Shown here piece by piece: positions 39,630 to 48,897 of a stretch of 64,000 nt of DNA. The stretch spans positions 416,001-480,000 of the forward strand of contig OY730476.1 in the NCBI GenBank assembly GCA_963422735.1. Reading direction: 5' to 3'. Below the pieces are notes generated by a model. The model worked only from the letters and a program-made list of their open reading frames with translations. It made no database searches and was not told the origin of the DNA. This stretch comes from Candidatus Latescibacterota bacterium. GTDB lineage: Bacteria > Latescibacterota > UBA2968 > UBA8231. The first letter of the stretch is position 1, and each line of letters begins with the position of its first letter. The position numbers were made by a program, and so were the translations under genes.

Positions 39630-42600
39630 GTGAGACAAAATGCAGAAACTGATTGCGCGATTAGCATGGGTACTAAAATCATTCCCGTCGAAGTCAAGGC
39701 GGGCAAGGCCGGTACGCTCAAGTCGTTTCGCTTCCTTTCGCTCGACTTGGAAGTCAGCAAGCAGGACCGTCGCATCCGTGCCTTCGCCGCGGTGCGCCCG
39801 GATGTTGAGCAACCACTGGTCTTCCACGGCGGCGACTTGGTGGCAGCGTTGGCCGAGCTCGACGAATTCGCTGCTGGCGCAGATTTCCTGCTCGGTCACA
39901 ACCTGATCGCTTTCGATCTGCCCCATCTAAAGGCGGCCAACCCCGATCTGCGGCTGTTGAAGCTGCCGGCGGTGGATACGTTGGGGCTCAACCCCCTCGC
40001 TTTTCCCCGCCATCCCTATCACCACCTCGTCAAACACTACCAGGACGGACAGCTCAAACGCGGGCGATTGAACGACCCGGAACTCGACGCTCGGCTCGCG
40101 CTAGATGTCTTCTACGATCAGCAAACCGCGTTACGCGATGCGCCGCTTGACTTGCTCGAAGCGTGGCATTGGCTGACCGGAACAGAACCCGACGGCGCGG
40201 GATTCGCCGCTGTTTTTGCCGCCATAAGGTGCGCGCCCCGGCCAACCGACGCGGCTGCGAACGCGGCGATTCGCGAGCGGCTTGTGGGCCTGGCCTGTCA
40301 GAATCGCGGTCAGAATGTTCTCAAGAATGCCGCCCAAAGTGGCTGGCCGCTAGCGTACGCGCTGGCTTGGCTGTCGGTTTCCGGCGGCAATTCCGTGATG
40401 CCGCCGTGGGTACGACATCAGTTCCCAGAAGCCGGTAAGCTAGTTCGCCGACTACGAGATATCCCCTGTGGCGAGGCGATCTGCGATTGGTGCCGGGAGC
40501 GACACGACTCGCGCAAGGAGCTTAAACGTTGGTTCGGCTTTGACGATTTTCGCCCGGAGCCGTTGAGTACCGATGGACGCCCCATGCAGCAGGTGATCGT
40601 GGAGGCGGCAATGGTCGGAGAGCACGTTTTGGGGATTCTGCCCACCGGCACTGGCAAGTCGCTCTGCTACCAGATCCCGGCCCTGTCTCGCTACGACAAG
40701 ACTGGCACTCTCACGATAGTGATTTCGCCCTTGGTTGCGCTCATGACGGATCAGGTGATGGGCCTTCGCCAACAGGGCATCGGCTGCTGCGTGACTATCA
40801 ATGGACTGCTGTCGATGCCGGAGCGGGCCGCAGTGCTTGAGCAGGTACGTCTGGGCGACGCCGGCATTCTCATCATCTCGCCGGAGCAACTGCGCAGCAC
40901 CACTATACGCCGTGCGCTCGATCAACGCGAGATCGGTGCTTGGGTGCTAGACGAAGCCCACTGCCTGTCAAAGTGGGGGCACGACTTTCGGCCGGATTAC
41001 CGATACGTGGGACGCTTCATCCGCGAAAAGGCGAGACAGGAGCCGATCCCACCGGTGCTGTGCCTGACTGCAACCGCCAAGCCCGACGTGGTGGCGGACA
41101 TTAGGCAGTATTTCCAAGACGAACTCGGTGCAGAACTGAAGGTCTTTGACGGAGGTGCCAGTCGCACCAATTTGGAGTTCACGGTGGTGCCCACGACCGG
41201 GGGAGAGAAGTTCTGGCACATCTACCAGATTCTGATGGCCCATCTGCCGCCGGATACGACCGGCGGTGCCATCGTCTATTGTGCGACGCGCCAGAGGACG
41301 GAAGAGGTGGCGGAGTTCCTGCAGGACAAGGAAATCTCAGCAGACTACTTCCACTCCAAGCTGCCGCCGGAGACCAAGAAGAGCGTGCAGCAGGGCTTCA
41401 TCAGGGGCGAACTGCGCGTGATCGCGGCTACCAATGCCTTCGGCATGGGCATTGACAAGCCGGACGTGCGGCTGGTGATCCACGCCGACATCCCAAGCTC
41501 GCTGGAGAACTACCTACAGGAGGCGGGCCGGGCCGGACGCGACCGGCAGATGGCGCACTGCATACTGCTCTATGTGACGGACGACGCAGAGAGGCAGTTC
41601 AACCTGTCGGCACGTTCGCGGCTCACGCGTCGAGAAATTCACGGCATCCTGAGATCTCTGCGCAATCTCGACCGGAAAAAACGTCTGGCTGGCAAGGTCG
41701 TGGCTACTACTGGCGAGATCCTCAGCGAGGACGAGGAAAAGGTCTTTGAGAGAGACTCAGCCACCGACGATACCCGCATGCGAACCGCCATCGCTTGGCT
41801 GGAGGAGGCGGTGCTGCTAACCCGGGAGGAGAACCAAGTGCAGGTGTTTCCTTCGTCTCTCCGGGTGGATTCGGTGCAGGAAGTACGCAGGCGGTTGGCG
41901 AAGGCGTCCGTGACCGCCGACTACCAGCGGCAGCTATTCAGAATCGCCGAGACGCTGATTGATGCCGATCCCGACAAGGGCATCTCTACTGACGAGTTGA
42001 TGGGCGTATCCGGCCTGAGTGCCGAAGGTGTACGCGGTGCTCTGTACGACTTGGAGCGGCTAGGCGTCGCTAGCAATGATACAGCACTGACCGCCTTCGT
42101 CCACTCAGGGGTGGAGCGCAACTCGCGGAAGCGTTTTGCTGAGGCGATGGAGCTAGAGAAAGCCTTGGTCGCGCAGATGCAAGAGGCGGCACCGGATATG
42201 GCCAAGGGAGACACATGGCCACTACATTTGCGCGCTGCCGCGCAAACCCTGCGAGATGCAGGGGTGGCCGATCCGCGGCCGGAACGGCTACGGAGCATTC
42301 TCAGCAGCATTGCCCGCGACGGGCGCGGCGAAGCGGGGGGCACCGGTAGTCTCGGAATGCAACAGTGGGGTGCGGAGACTGTACAGGTGACGCTACTGCG
42401 CGAATGGCCGGTGTTGGAGGAAATCGCGTCGCTGCGACGCGAGGGGGCCAAGCTCTTGCTAGAGCGTTTGCTCGCTTGCCTGCCGCTTGGAAGCCAGGGC
42501 ACGGACCTGCTGGCCGAAACTACCCTCGGCGAGCTGTTGGAGGCGATCAGGGCCGATCTGATTCTGAATAGCAGAATTAGGAATCACGAGAAACTGCTGG

Positions 42601-44885
42601 ACCGCGCCCTTCTATGGCTGCACGAGCAGGAGGTCATTCGCCTCCACAAGGGCTTGGCAGTATTCCGGCCAGCCATGACCATCAAGCTGGCTGAGGGGAG
42701 GCGCGGCTTTGCCAAAGCCGATTTTACACCGCTCAATCTCCACTACAAGGAACAGGTGCTGCAAATCCATGTGATGGTGGAATTTGCGCAGCGGGGCCTC
42801 GAAGACATGGCCGACGCTCTGCATCTGGCGGTTGACTACTTCAGCCTAAAGCAGGAGGAGTTCCTTCGCCGATGGCTGCCGGATAGGGACAAGGAAATTG
42901 GGCGGGAGACTACCCCCGAATCGTGGCGAGCTATCGTCGAAAGCCTGAAGAATCCCATCCAGCAACGCATCGTCGCGGATGACCGGGAGCAGACGAACGT
43001 GCTGGTGCTGGCCGGTCCCGGCTCCGGCAAGACGCGAGTGCTAGTCCATCGCATTGCCTATTTGGTGCGCGTAAGGCGCGAAAATCCCCGCAGCATCTTA
43101 GCCTTGGCCTACAACCGGCACGCGGCGGTCGAGATTCGGCGTCGTCTCGGTGAACTGATCGGCGACGATGCCCGCGGGGTGACTGTGTTCACTTGTCACT
43201 CGCTAGCTATGCGGCTGGTCGGTATCAGCTTCCAAGAGCGAGAAAGGCGGCTACTTGACGAGGCTACATTCCGCGAGGTGTTGCGCCAGGCAGTGGCACT
43301 CCTGCGCGGTGAGGGGCTGGAGCCTGAGGAAGCGGACGATCAGCGGGAACGTCTCCTCGCGGGTTTCCGCTGGATCCTAGTGGACGAATACCAGGACATT
43401 GGCACCGATCAATACGAGTTGATAGCGGCCTTGGCCGGCCGGACCCTAAAGGATGAGGATCGCAAACTCACGCTCTTCGCAGTAGGCGACGACGATCAAA
43501 ACATCTACGCCTTCAATGGTGCTTCGGTGGAGTTCATCCGTCGTTTTGAGGAGGATTACGGGCCAAAGCCCATCTTCCTGACCGATAACTATCGTTCCTC
43601 CAGCCACATCATCGCAGTGGCCAATGCGTTGATCGGGCCAGCCCGGCAACGAATGAAGACCGGACATCCCATCCGCATAGATCGAGCGCGTGCGAAGAAT
43701 CCGCCGGGCGGTGACTGGTGTACGCTAGATTCGGTTGCTCAAGGCCGGGTGCAGGTTCTGTCGGCACAGCGCGATCCGATCGCGCAAGCGCGAGTTGCAA
43801 TGAACGAATTGCAACGCCTCGCCGCCCTTTTACCGAAATGGGACTGGTCCACATGCGCGGTGATCGCCCGCGAGTGGAAATATCTGGACCCGGTACGCGC
43901 GTTCTGCGAAGTCCACCGTATCCCAGTGCAGATGGGGAACGAAGAAATCCCAAGCTTCTGGCACCTGCGTGAGACTCGGACATTTGTTGAATGGCTGCGT
44001 GGACGAGATACCCGCTTGGTGGACAGTGAGGAGCTAAGCAATTGGGTGGATGTATGTCCCCCAAGTCCTTGGATTGAGTTACTGCGGCAAGCTTTAGACG
44101 AGTACGCCTTGGAAACCGACGGCGTGGAAGTGCCGGTGGACCACTTCATTGAGTGGCTGGCTGAGTGGGGGCGAGATATACGCCGTCGCCAGCGCGGGCT
44201 CTTGCTGTTGACCGCGCACCGTGCCAAGGGATTGGAGTTCGACCACGTGGCCGTGCTCGACGGAGGCTGGGACAAAGTCGATAAGGGCGAGGACCCGGAC
44301 GCGCCGCGCAGGATCTACTACGTAGCCATGACGCGTGCCCAGCAGACCCTTGCGCTCGTGCGTTTTCAAGGATCGCGCGCCGAGCGGCCGAATTTTGTAA
44401 GGGAGCCTGAACCCCCGGTGTACTCGGGACGCTTACACCCGCTGCCGCGTACCTTTCCGAACAATGGCTCAGTTTTGTACCGCACATCCGACGGCTTACA
44501 GCCGGAAATCTTGGAACTCTCGCGTCAATATCGGCGGCTCAGTCTGCGCGAGGTCAATCTGGGTTTCGCCGGGTTTCGCCACGCCAACCATCCAGTACAT
44601 CGTGCGATTGCCGCTTTGTCGCCCGGCGATCCGCTAGAAACGCGAATCGCCAAAGCTGGACCTTGGGAATTGCTGGATCGGTCGGGGACGGTGGTGGGGC
44701 GTCTTGCCCAAAGGTTTGGACCTCCACCGGGGATGCAGTGCAGGTCCGCCACCGTCTTTGCCGTCGTGGCTTGGAGCCGCGAAGTGTCGGAGCCGCCGTA
44801 CCGCGACCACGCAAAATGCGATGCTTGGGAGGTTGTGGTGCCAGAGCTGGTGTTTGAGCCGGAGCGCGAATATAGTGTCCAGTAG
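39630..44885 (+). CDS. Large RecQ-family helicase fused to an N-terminal exonuclease-like domain and a C-terminal UvrD helicase
   Basis: RecQ: LPTGTGKS, DEAHC, HDFRPDY, ATNAFGMGIDK, QEAGRAGRD. UvrD: AGPGSGKT, DEYQD, VGDDDQ, NYRS, TAHRAKGLEF, YVAMTRA. N-terminal DLE...GHNLIAFD...DTL. True start uncertain (39630 or ATG 39666). Confidence 0.9.
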   Translation: MRQNAETDCAISMGTKIIPVEVKAGKAGTLKSFRFLSLDLEVSKQDRRIRAFAAVRPDVEQPLVFHGGDLVAALAELDEFAAGADFLLGHNLIAFDLPHLKAANPDLRLLKLPAVDTLGLNPLAFPRHPYHHLVKHYQDGQLKRGRLNDPELDARLALDVFYDQQTALRDAPLDLLEAWHWLTGTEPDGAGFAAVFAAIRCAPRPTDAAANAAIRERLVGLACQNRGQNVLKNAAQSGWPLAYALAWLSVSGGNSVMPPWVRHQFPEAGKLVRRLRDIPCGEAICDWCRERHDSRKELKRWFGFDDFRPEPLSTDGRPMQQVIVEAAMVGEHVLGILPTGTGKSLCYQIPALSRYDKTGTLTIVISPLVALMTDQVMGLRQQGIGCCVTINGLLSMPERAAVLEQVRLGDAGILIISPEQLRSTTIRRALDQREIGAWVLDEAHCLSKWGHDFRPDYRYVGRFIREKARQEPIPPVLCLTATAKPDVVADIRQYFQDELGAELKVFDGGASRTNLEFTVVPTTGGEKFWHIYQILMAHLPPDTTGGAIVYCATRQRTEEVAEFLQDKEISADYFHSKLPPETKKSVQQGFIRGELRVIAATNAFGMGIDKPDVRLVIHADIPSSLENYLQEAGRAGRDRQMAHCILLYVTDDAERQFNLSARSRLTRREIHGILRSLRNLDRKKRLAGKVVATTGEILSEDEEKVFERDSATDDTRMRTAIAWLEEAVLLTREENQVQVFPSSLRVDSVQEVRRRLAKASVTADYQRQLFRIAETLIDADPDKGISTDELMGVSGLSAEGVRGALYDLERLGVASNDTALTAFVHSGVERNSRKRFAEAMELEKALVAQMQEAAPDMAKGDTWPLHLRAAAQTLRDAGVADPRPERLRSILSSIARDGRGEAGGTGSLGMQQWGAETVQVTLLREWPVLEEIASLRREGAKLLLERLLACLPLGSQGTDLLAETTLGELLEAIRADLILNSRIRNHEKLLDRALLWLHEQEVIRLHKGLAVFRPAMTIKLAEGRRGFAKADFTPLNLHYKEQVLQIHVMVEFAQRGLEDMADALHLAVDYFSLKQEEFLRRWLPDRDKEIGRETTPESWRAIVESLKNPIQQRIVADDREQTNVLVLAGPGSGKTRVLVHRIAYLVRVRRENPRSILALAYNRHAAVEIRRRLGELIGDDARGVTVFTCHSLAMRLVGISFQERERRLLDEATFREVLRQAVALLRGEGLEPEEADDQRERLLAGFRWILVDEYQDIGTDQYELIAALAGRTLKDEDRKLTLFAVGDDDQNIYAFNGASVEFIRRFEEDYGPKPIFLTDNYRSSSHIIAVANALIGPARQRMKTGHPIRIDRARAKNPPGGDWCTLDSVAQGRVQVLSAQRDPIAQARVAMNELQRLAALLPKWDWSTCAVIAREWKYLDPVRAFCEVHRIPVQMGNEEIPSFWHLRETRTFVEWLRGRDTRLVDSEELSNWVDVCPPSPWIELLRQALDEYALETDGVEVPVDHFIEWLAEWGRDIRRRQRGLLLLTAHRAKGLEFDHVAVLDGGWDKVDKGEDPDAPRRIYYVAMTRAQQTLALVRFQGSRAERPNFVREPEPPVYSGRLHPLPRTFPNNGSVLYRTSDGLQPEILELSRQYRRLSLREVNLGFAGFRHANHPVHRAIAALSPGDPLETRIAKAGPWELLDRSGTVVGRLAQRFGPPPGMQCRSATVFAVVAWSREVSEPPYRDHAKCDAWEVVVPELVFEPEREYSVQ

Positions 44886-44940
44886 CTAGTAGCCTGTGGC
44901 CTGTCCCTACCCCAACCCCGCCATCGGGCGGTGCGGGGTA

Positions 44941-45017
44941 ACAGTCCACAGTCCACAGTCCACAGTCCACAGTCCACAGTCCACAGTCCACAGTCCACAG
45001 TCCACAGTCCACAGTCC
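44941..45017. repeat. Heptamer tandem repeat (ACAGTCC)x11
   Basis: 11 perfect copies counted. Confidence 0.95.
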
Positions 45018-45164
45018 ACGGATTATCCGATGGCGACCAGCCCCTTGCTACTCAGATCGCGTCCAATCGCATCGCGCCGCGTGGTATTCGTCGGGCAAGT
45101 TGACAGCCTGCGCGGGAACGGTCTTATTTGCGCGCTCGAACCAACAGCCAAAGGAGTCTGAGAA

Positions 45165-45716
45165 ATGCCGGATGTTATCGTCGTCGGCGATGGGCCGGGC
45201 GGATTGAGCGCCGCGCTCTTCCTCGCCAAAAACGACATGAGCGTCACCGTCTTTGGCCAAGACAAGACCCTGATGCACAAGGCCATGCTATACAATTATT
45301 TGGGCATTCCCAAGATCGCCGGACCCGAGTTCCAGCAGATCGGCCGCGAGCAGGTGCGCGGCTTTGGCGGGGAAATTCAGGACGTCGAAGTCAGCCGCGT
45401 CGAAAAGGGCGAGGGGGGCTTTGTCGTCGAGACCGCCGATGACCAAAGCCATCAAGCCCAATACCTGATCTTGGCTACCGGGCCGAGCAACCCGCTGGCC
45501 GACCGCTTGGGTGTGGCCAAAGAAGCCGACGGGTTGGCAGCCGACCGCCATGGTCGCACCTCGGTCGAAGGGCTATACGTGATTGGCTGGAGCACTCGCC
45601 TGAAGAAAATCCAAGCCATTATCTCGGCCGGCGACGGGGCCTGCGCCGCGCTGGACATCCTCTCGGCCAAGGCCGGCGAGGACATCCACGACTTCGACCT
45701 GATCGAAGACGAGTAG
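45165..45716 (+). CDS. Small thioredoxin-reductase-like FAD-dependent oxidoreductase
   Basis: VGDGPGGLSAA, LILATG, TSVEGLYVIG, SAGDG; lacks the NADPH domain. Confidence 0.75.
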   Translation: MPDVIVVGDGPGGLSAALFLAKNDMSVTVFGQDKTLMHKAMLYNYLGIPKIAGPEFQQIGREQVRGFGGEIQDVEVSRVEKGEGGFVVETADDQSHQAQYLILATGPSNPLADRLGVAKEADGLAADRHGRTSVEGLYVIGWSTRLKKIQAIISAGDGACAALDILSAKAGEDIHDFDLIEDE

Positions 45717-45724
45717 GCTAAAAA

Positions 45725-45752
45725 GTCAGTGGTTAGTGGTCAGTGGTCAGTC
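45725..45752. repeat. Degenerate heptamer repeat (GTYAGTG)x3-4
   Basis: GTCAGTG GTTAGTG GTCAGTG GTCAGTC, between convergent genes. Confidence 0.8.
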
Positions 45753-45790
45753 CCAACCCCCTCGACCCGGCGGTGGCGACTGGCCACTAA

Positions 45791-46753
45791 TTAAAGCGAG
45801 AGGACGCGCCCTTCTATAGCGGATTGGGTCGCCGCGAGGGTCACGGCTAAGGTTTTGACCGCCTCTGAGTAAGGGCAGCGGATGTCGGTGGCATCGCCAG
45901 TTTGTACGGCTTGGAGAAAGGCGCGATCCTCAGCTTGCGTGGGGTTGTTGCCCAGTTCGACGACTTCCCGGCCGCTGGGGCGGTCGATGGTGAGCGCGCC
46001 AGATGCGATGCGCAGGACTTGGTTTTTCTGGTAGAGGTCCAAGCCCACGTGCCCGCCGGTGGCGAGCATACAGGCCGAGGTGATGCTGGCCACTGCGCCG
46101 CTTTGGAAGCGGAGATTGGTGACAGAGGCGTCGTGGACATCGTAGTTTGGGACATCTTCCATTAGGCCGGTGCGCGCCATGGCGTGGACGCTTGCCACTT
46201 CTCCGAGCAGGTAGCGGGCCAAGTCGAAGATATGCGTGGTTTGTTCGACGATCTGGCCGCCGCTTTCAGCCAACACCCGCCACCAAGGCACCCCGGGCAT
46301 GCCGCCGGTCCAAGCACCGAGGGCAAAACCCACCGGCTCGTCGCCGAGGTGTTCGATTGCTCTGGCGGCCGTATCCATGTAGCGCCAGTGATAGCCTACG
46401 GCGCTGATCAGGTTTTGGCGGCGGATGGCCGCTTCAACGGCGCGGGCTTGTTCCAAGGAAGTCGCTATGGGTTTTTCTACGAAAATGGGCAAGCCGCGCT
46501 CAATGGCCGCTAGCTCGGGCTGCGCGTGGGCAAAAGGCGGCAGGCAGATATAGACCGCGTCCAGTGCCTCGCTGTCGTACAGAGCCTTGTAGTGGCCGTA
46601 GGCCCTGCCGCCGTACTCGCCGGCCGCAGCGAGGGCCTTCTCCTCGACTACGTCGCAAAAGGCAACAAGCTTGGCCTCGTCGAGTTGGGCGAGGGTGCGT
46701 AGGTGGTGGTTGGCGATACCGCCCGTGCCGACAAAGCCAATTCTGACCGTCAT
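45791..46753 (-). CDS. Gfo/Idh/MocA oxidoreductase
   Basis: GFVGTGGIA, FVEKP, EQTTHIFD. Confidence 0.9.
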   Translation of the reverse strand: MTVRIGFVGTGGIANHHLRTLAQLDEAKLVAFCDVVEEKALAAAGEYGGRAYGHYKALYDSEALDAVYICLPPFAHAQPELAAIERGLPIFVEKPIATSLEQARAVEAAIRRQNLISAVGYHWRYMDTAARAIEHLGDEPVGFALGAWTGGMPGVPWWRVLAESGGQIVEQTTHIFDLARYLLGEVASVHAMARTGLMEDVPNYDVHDASVTNLRFQSGAVASITSACMLATGGHVGLDLYQKNQVLRIASGALTIDRPSGREVVELGNNPTQAEDRAFLQAVQTGDATDIRCPYSEAVKTLAVTLAATQSAIEGRVLSL

Positions 46754-46829
46754 AGCGACCTCCTTTTACCAGAAAAATTCAATGGTGGGCAAGGTGTTGC
46801 GCGGCACAGCCGCTGTCAAGCTGAGTACC

Positions 46830-48335
46830 ATGGACGGACAGGATAGACCGGGTGGACGAGGTTGGCTGACTCGCAAGATCGGCATCGTAGCCGCTGGGCG
46901 CGCGGCCAATACCCTCAGCATCATTGCAGTCAATGTGTTGGCCGCCCGCGCTTGGACCCCAGAAGAATGCGGGCTGTTCGGGGCCGTCTGGGTACTGGGC
47001 AATGCGTTGATCCCGGTGTTTTTGTTCGGGCTGCCCCAAAGCCTGCTCTACTTCTTTCCCCACCTCAAAGAACCCCGGCTGCTGGCTGGCCAAGTGTTGG
47101 GCTGCCTGTCGTTGTCTGGCGTGGGGTTGACCGGCTGCCTGCTCTTGTGGGGGCCGCTCTTGGCCGATGTGTTAGTGCAAGATATCGGCGATAGCGAGCA
47201 GGTCGCCGCGTACCTGTTGCCGTTTTTGCCCTATCTCTTTGCGGTGATCGCCGCCGGTGGGGCCGAAGCGGCCCTAGTGGCCGCCGACCGCGAGCACTAC
47301 TTGGCGTGGCTGCAACTGGTGACTAGCGGTGGCTTGCTTGCCGGCGCGTGGCTGGGCCTGAGCTGGGGCTGGACGCCCGCGCAGGTGCTGCTGCTGTTTT
47401 CCGGGGTGGGTGCGGCGCGTTTGCTGGCCGCGTGTGGGTTGGTGCGGCAGGCACTAGGGGGCGGAAGCTGGTGGCGTTGGGAAGGGCTTGGTGAATTGAT
47501 GCGCTATGCCCGGCCCGTTGGGCTGAACGATGCGATGGGGACGCTCTCGCGCTATGTGGACCGCTTTGTGGTCCTGCACTTTTTCGCGGCCGGCACCTTT
47601 GCCGAATACCATTTCGGGGCCATTGAGGTGCCGATCAGCCTTCTGCTATCGGCGGTGACAGCCGTGTTGATCCCGGAGGTCAGTCGGCTCTTTCAGGCCG
47701 GCCGGCTCGACGAGATACAGGTGCTGTGGCAGCGCGCGGTCTCGCGTTTGGCCCTGTTGGTGTTGCCGCTGTCGGCCTTCCTACTCGCTTTCGCCGGGCC
47801 GCTGATCGGCTGGCTGTTCCCGGAATACGACCACTCGGCTTGGGTTTTCCGCATCTATCTATTGGTGCTGCCGCTGCGCTGCGCCGCGTACAATCCGCTG
47901 CTGGTGGGCATGGGCAAGGCCCGCTGGGCGCTGTGGGGTAGCGTGGGGGATCTGTGCTGCAATATCGGCTTGAGCTTGGCACTCGTTGGATATTTGCAGG
48001 TGGCGCATCCTGAGTGGGCCTTCCTCGGCCCGGCTATGGCTACCACACTGGTGACGTATTTGCAGGTGGCCTTCTTTTTGGCGGCTATTGGCTGGCACTT
48101 GCGCTGTGGCTGGTATCGGCTCCTGCCTTGGGGCCGCTTACTGAGGATCGGCACGGGAGCCGGGGTGGCCGCGCCGATCAGCCGCTGGGTTAGCGCTGGC
48201 TTGGGCGGCGACTTTTTGCAGGTATTTGTAGGGGGGATGTGCTTTGTGGTGCTGATGGCCGTCGTGACTTGGGCCCACCCGCAAGACCGGGCGGAACTGA
48301 CGCACACTTGGCGGGCGTTGGCGCGGATGCGTTAG
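46830..48335 (+). CDS. Oligosaccharide flippase (Wzx/MATE-like)
   Basis: About 12-14 TM helices; YVDRFVV, LIPEVSRL; start uncertain. Confidence 0.75.
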   Translation: MDGQDRPGGRGWLTRKIGIVAAGRAANTLSIIAVNVLAARAWTPEECGLFGAVWVLGNALIPVFLFGLPQSLLYFFPHLKEPRLLAGQVLGCLSLSGVGLTGCLLLWGPLLADVLVQDIGDSEQVAAYLLPFLPYLFAVIAAGGAEAALVAADREHYLAWLQLVTSGGLLAGAWLGLSWGWTPAQVLLLFSGVGAARLLAACGLVRQALGGGSWWRWEGLGELMRYARPVGLNDAMGTLSRYVDRFVVLHFFAAGTFAEYHFGAIEVPISLLLSAVTAVLIPEVSRLFQAGRLDEIQVLWQRAVSRLALLVLPLSAFLLAFAGPLIGWLFPEYDHSAWVFRIYLLVLPLRCAAYNPLLVGMGKARWALWGSVGDLCCNIGLSLALVGYLQVAHPEWAFLGPAMATTLVTYLQVAFFLAAIGWHLRCGWYRLLPWGRLLRIGTGAGVAAPISRWVSAGLGGDFLQVFVGGMCFVVLMAVVTWAHPQDRAELTHTWRALARMR

Positions 48336-48461
48336 AAGCTATCTGGAAATTCCGGGTGCCCCCGACCGCTGTGCTTGCAGCCGTGCGCTTCACCGCGCCT
48401 GTCCTGCCTAAAGGCAGAGTGAAGCAGGCGGACAAGTCTCGAGGGGTTTACAGACAGCTTC
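48335..48461. mobile_element. 127-bp MITE with IS5-family-like terminal inverted repeats and TTA duplication
   Basis: TTA|GAAGCTATCTGGAAA ... TTTACAGACAGCTTC|TTA; ends match the IS5 remnant end at 53430. Confidence 0.75.
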
Positions 48462-48749
48462 TTAGTCGCTGAGGAGGGCGCTGGCGATTTCCTCCCATTC
48501 TTCGGGTAGCGACGCTTCGCTGTGGGGCTTGCTCGCCCGTCGGTACCAATAGCCGGCGTTGCTTTCGTCGCCCTCGACCCGGTGTAAGTAAGCGTGGACC
48601 CAAGCTCCGGTGGGGTCGGGTGCTTGCTGGGCTAGCTCGTGGGCTTTGTCCCATTGGCCCTTGCCCTCGTACCAGAGTGCTTGCAGGGCTTGGGAGGTCG
48701 CCGGTGGGGTCTGCTCTTGCAGGCTCAGTTTGAAGGTTTTAAGGTCCAT
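48462..48749 (-). CDS. Conserved hypothetical small helical protein
   Basis: AHELAQ...AWVHAYLHRVEGD..NAGYWY; GGAG RBS. Confidence 0.8.
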   Translation of the reverse strand: MDLKTFKLSLQEQTPPATSQALQALWYEGKGQWDKAHELAQQAPDPTGAWVHAYLHRVEGDESNAGYWYRRASKPHSEASLPEEWEEIASALLSD

Positions 48750-48897
48750 AATGGCAGGCTCCAGTCGTCGTGTGTCCCCTTAATATAGGGCGTATCGGTG
48801 CGGTTATCCACCGGGGCGCATGCCTTGCCAAAAAAGCGCGGCACTCTCTATATTTAGAGCTTTTAACTTGCTATGCAACAAGGAATTGGGCAAAGAC

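Noticed and set aside
44941-45017. CRISPR array, or coding WTVDCGL/STVHSPQ repeat ORFs
   Set aside because: Pure 7-bp tandem repeat without spacers or cas genes; the ORFs are artefacts of the repeat.
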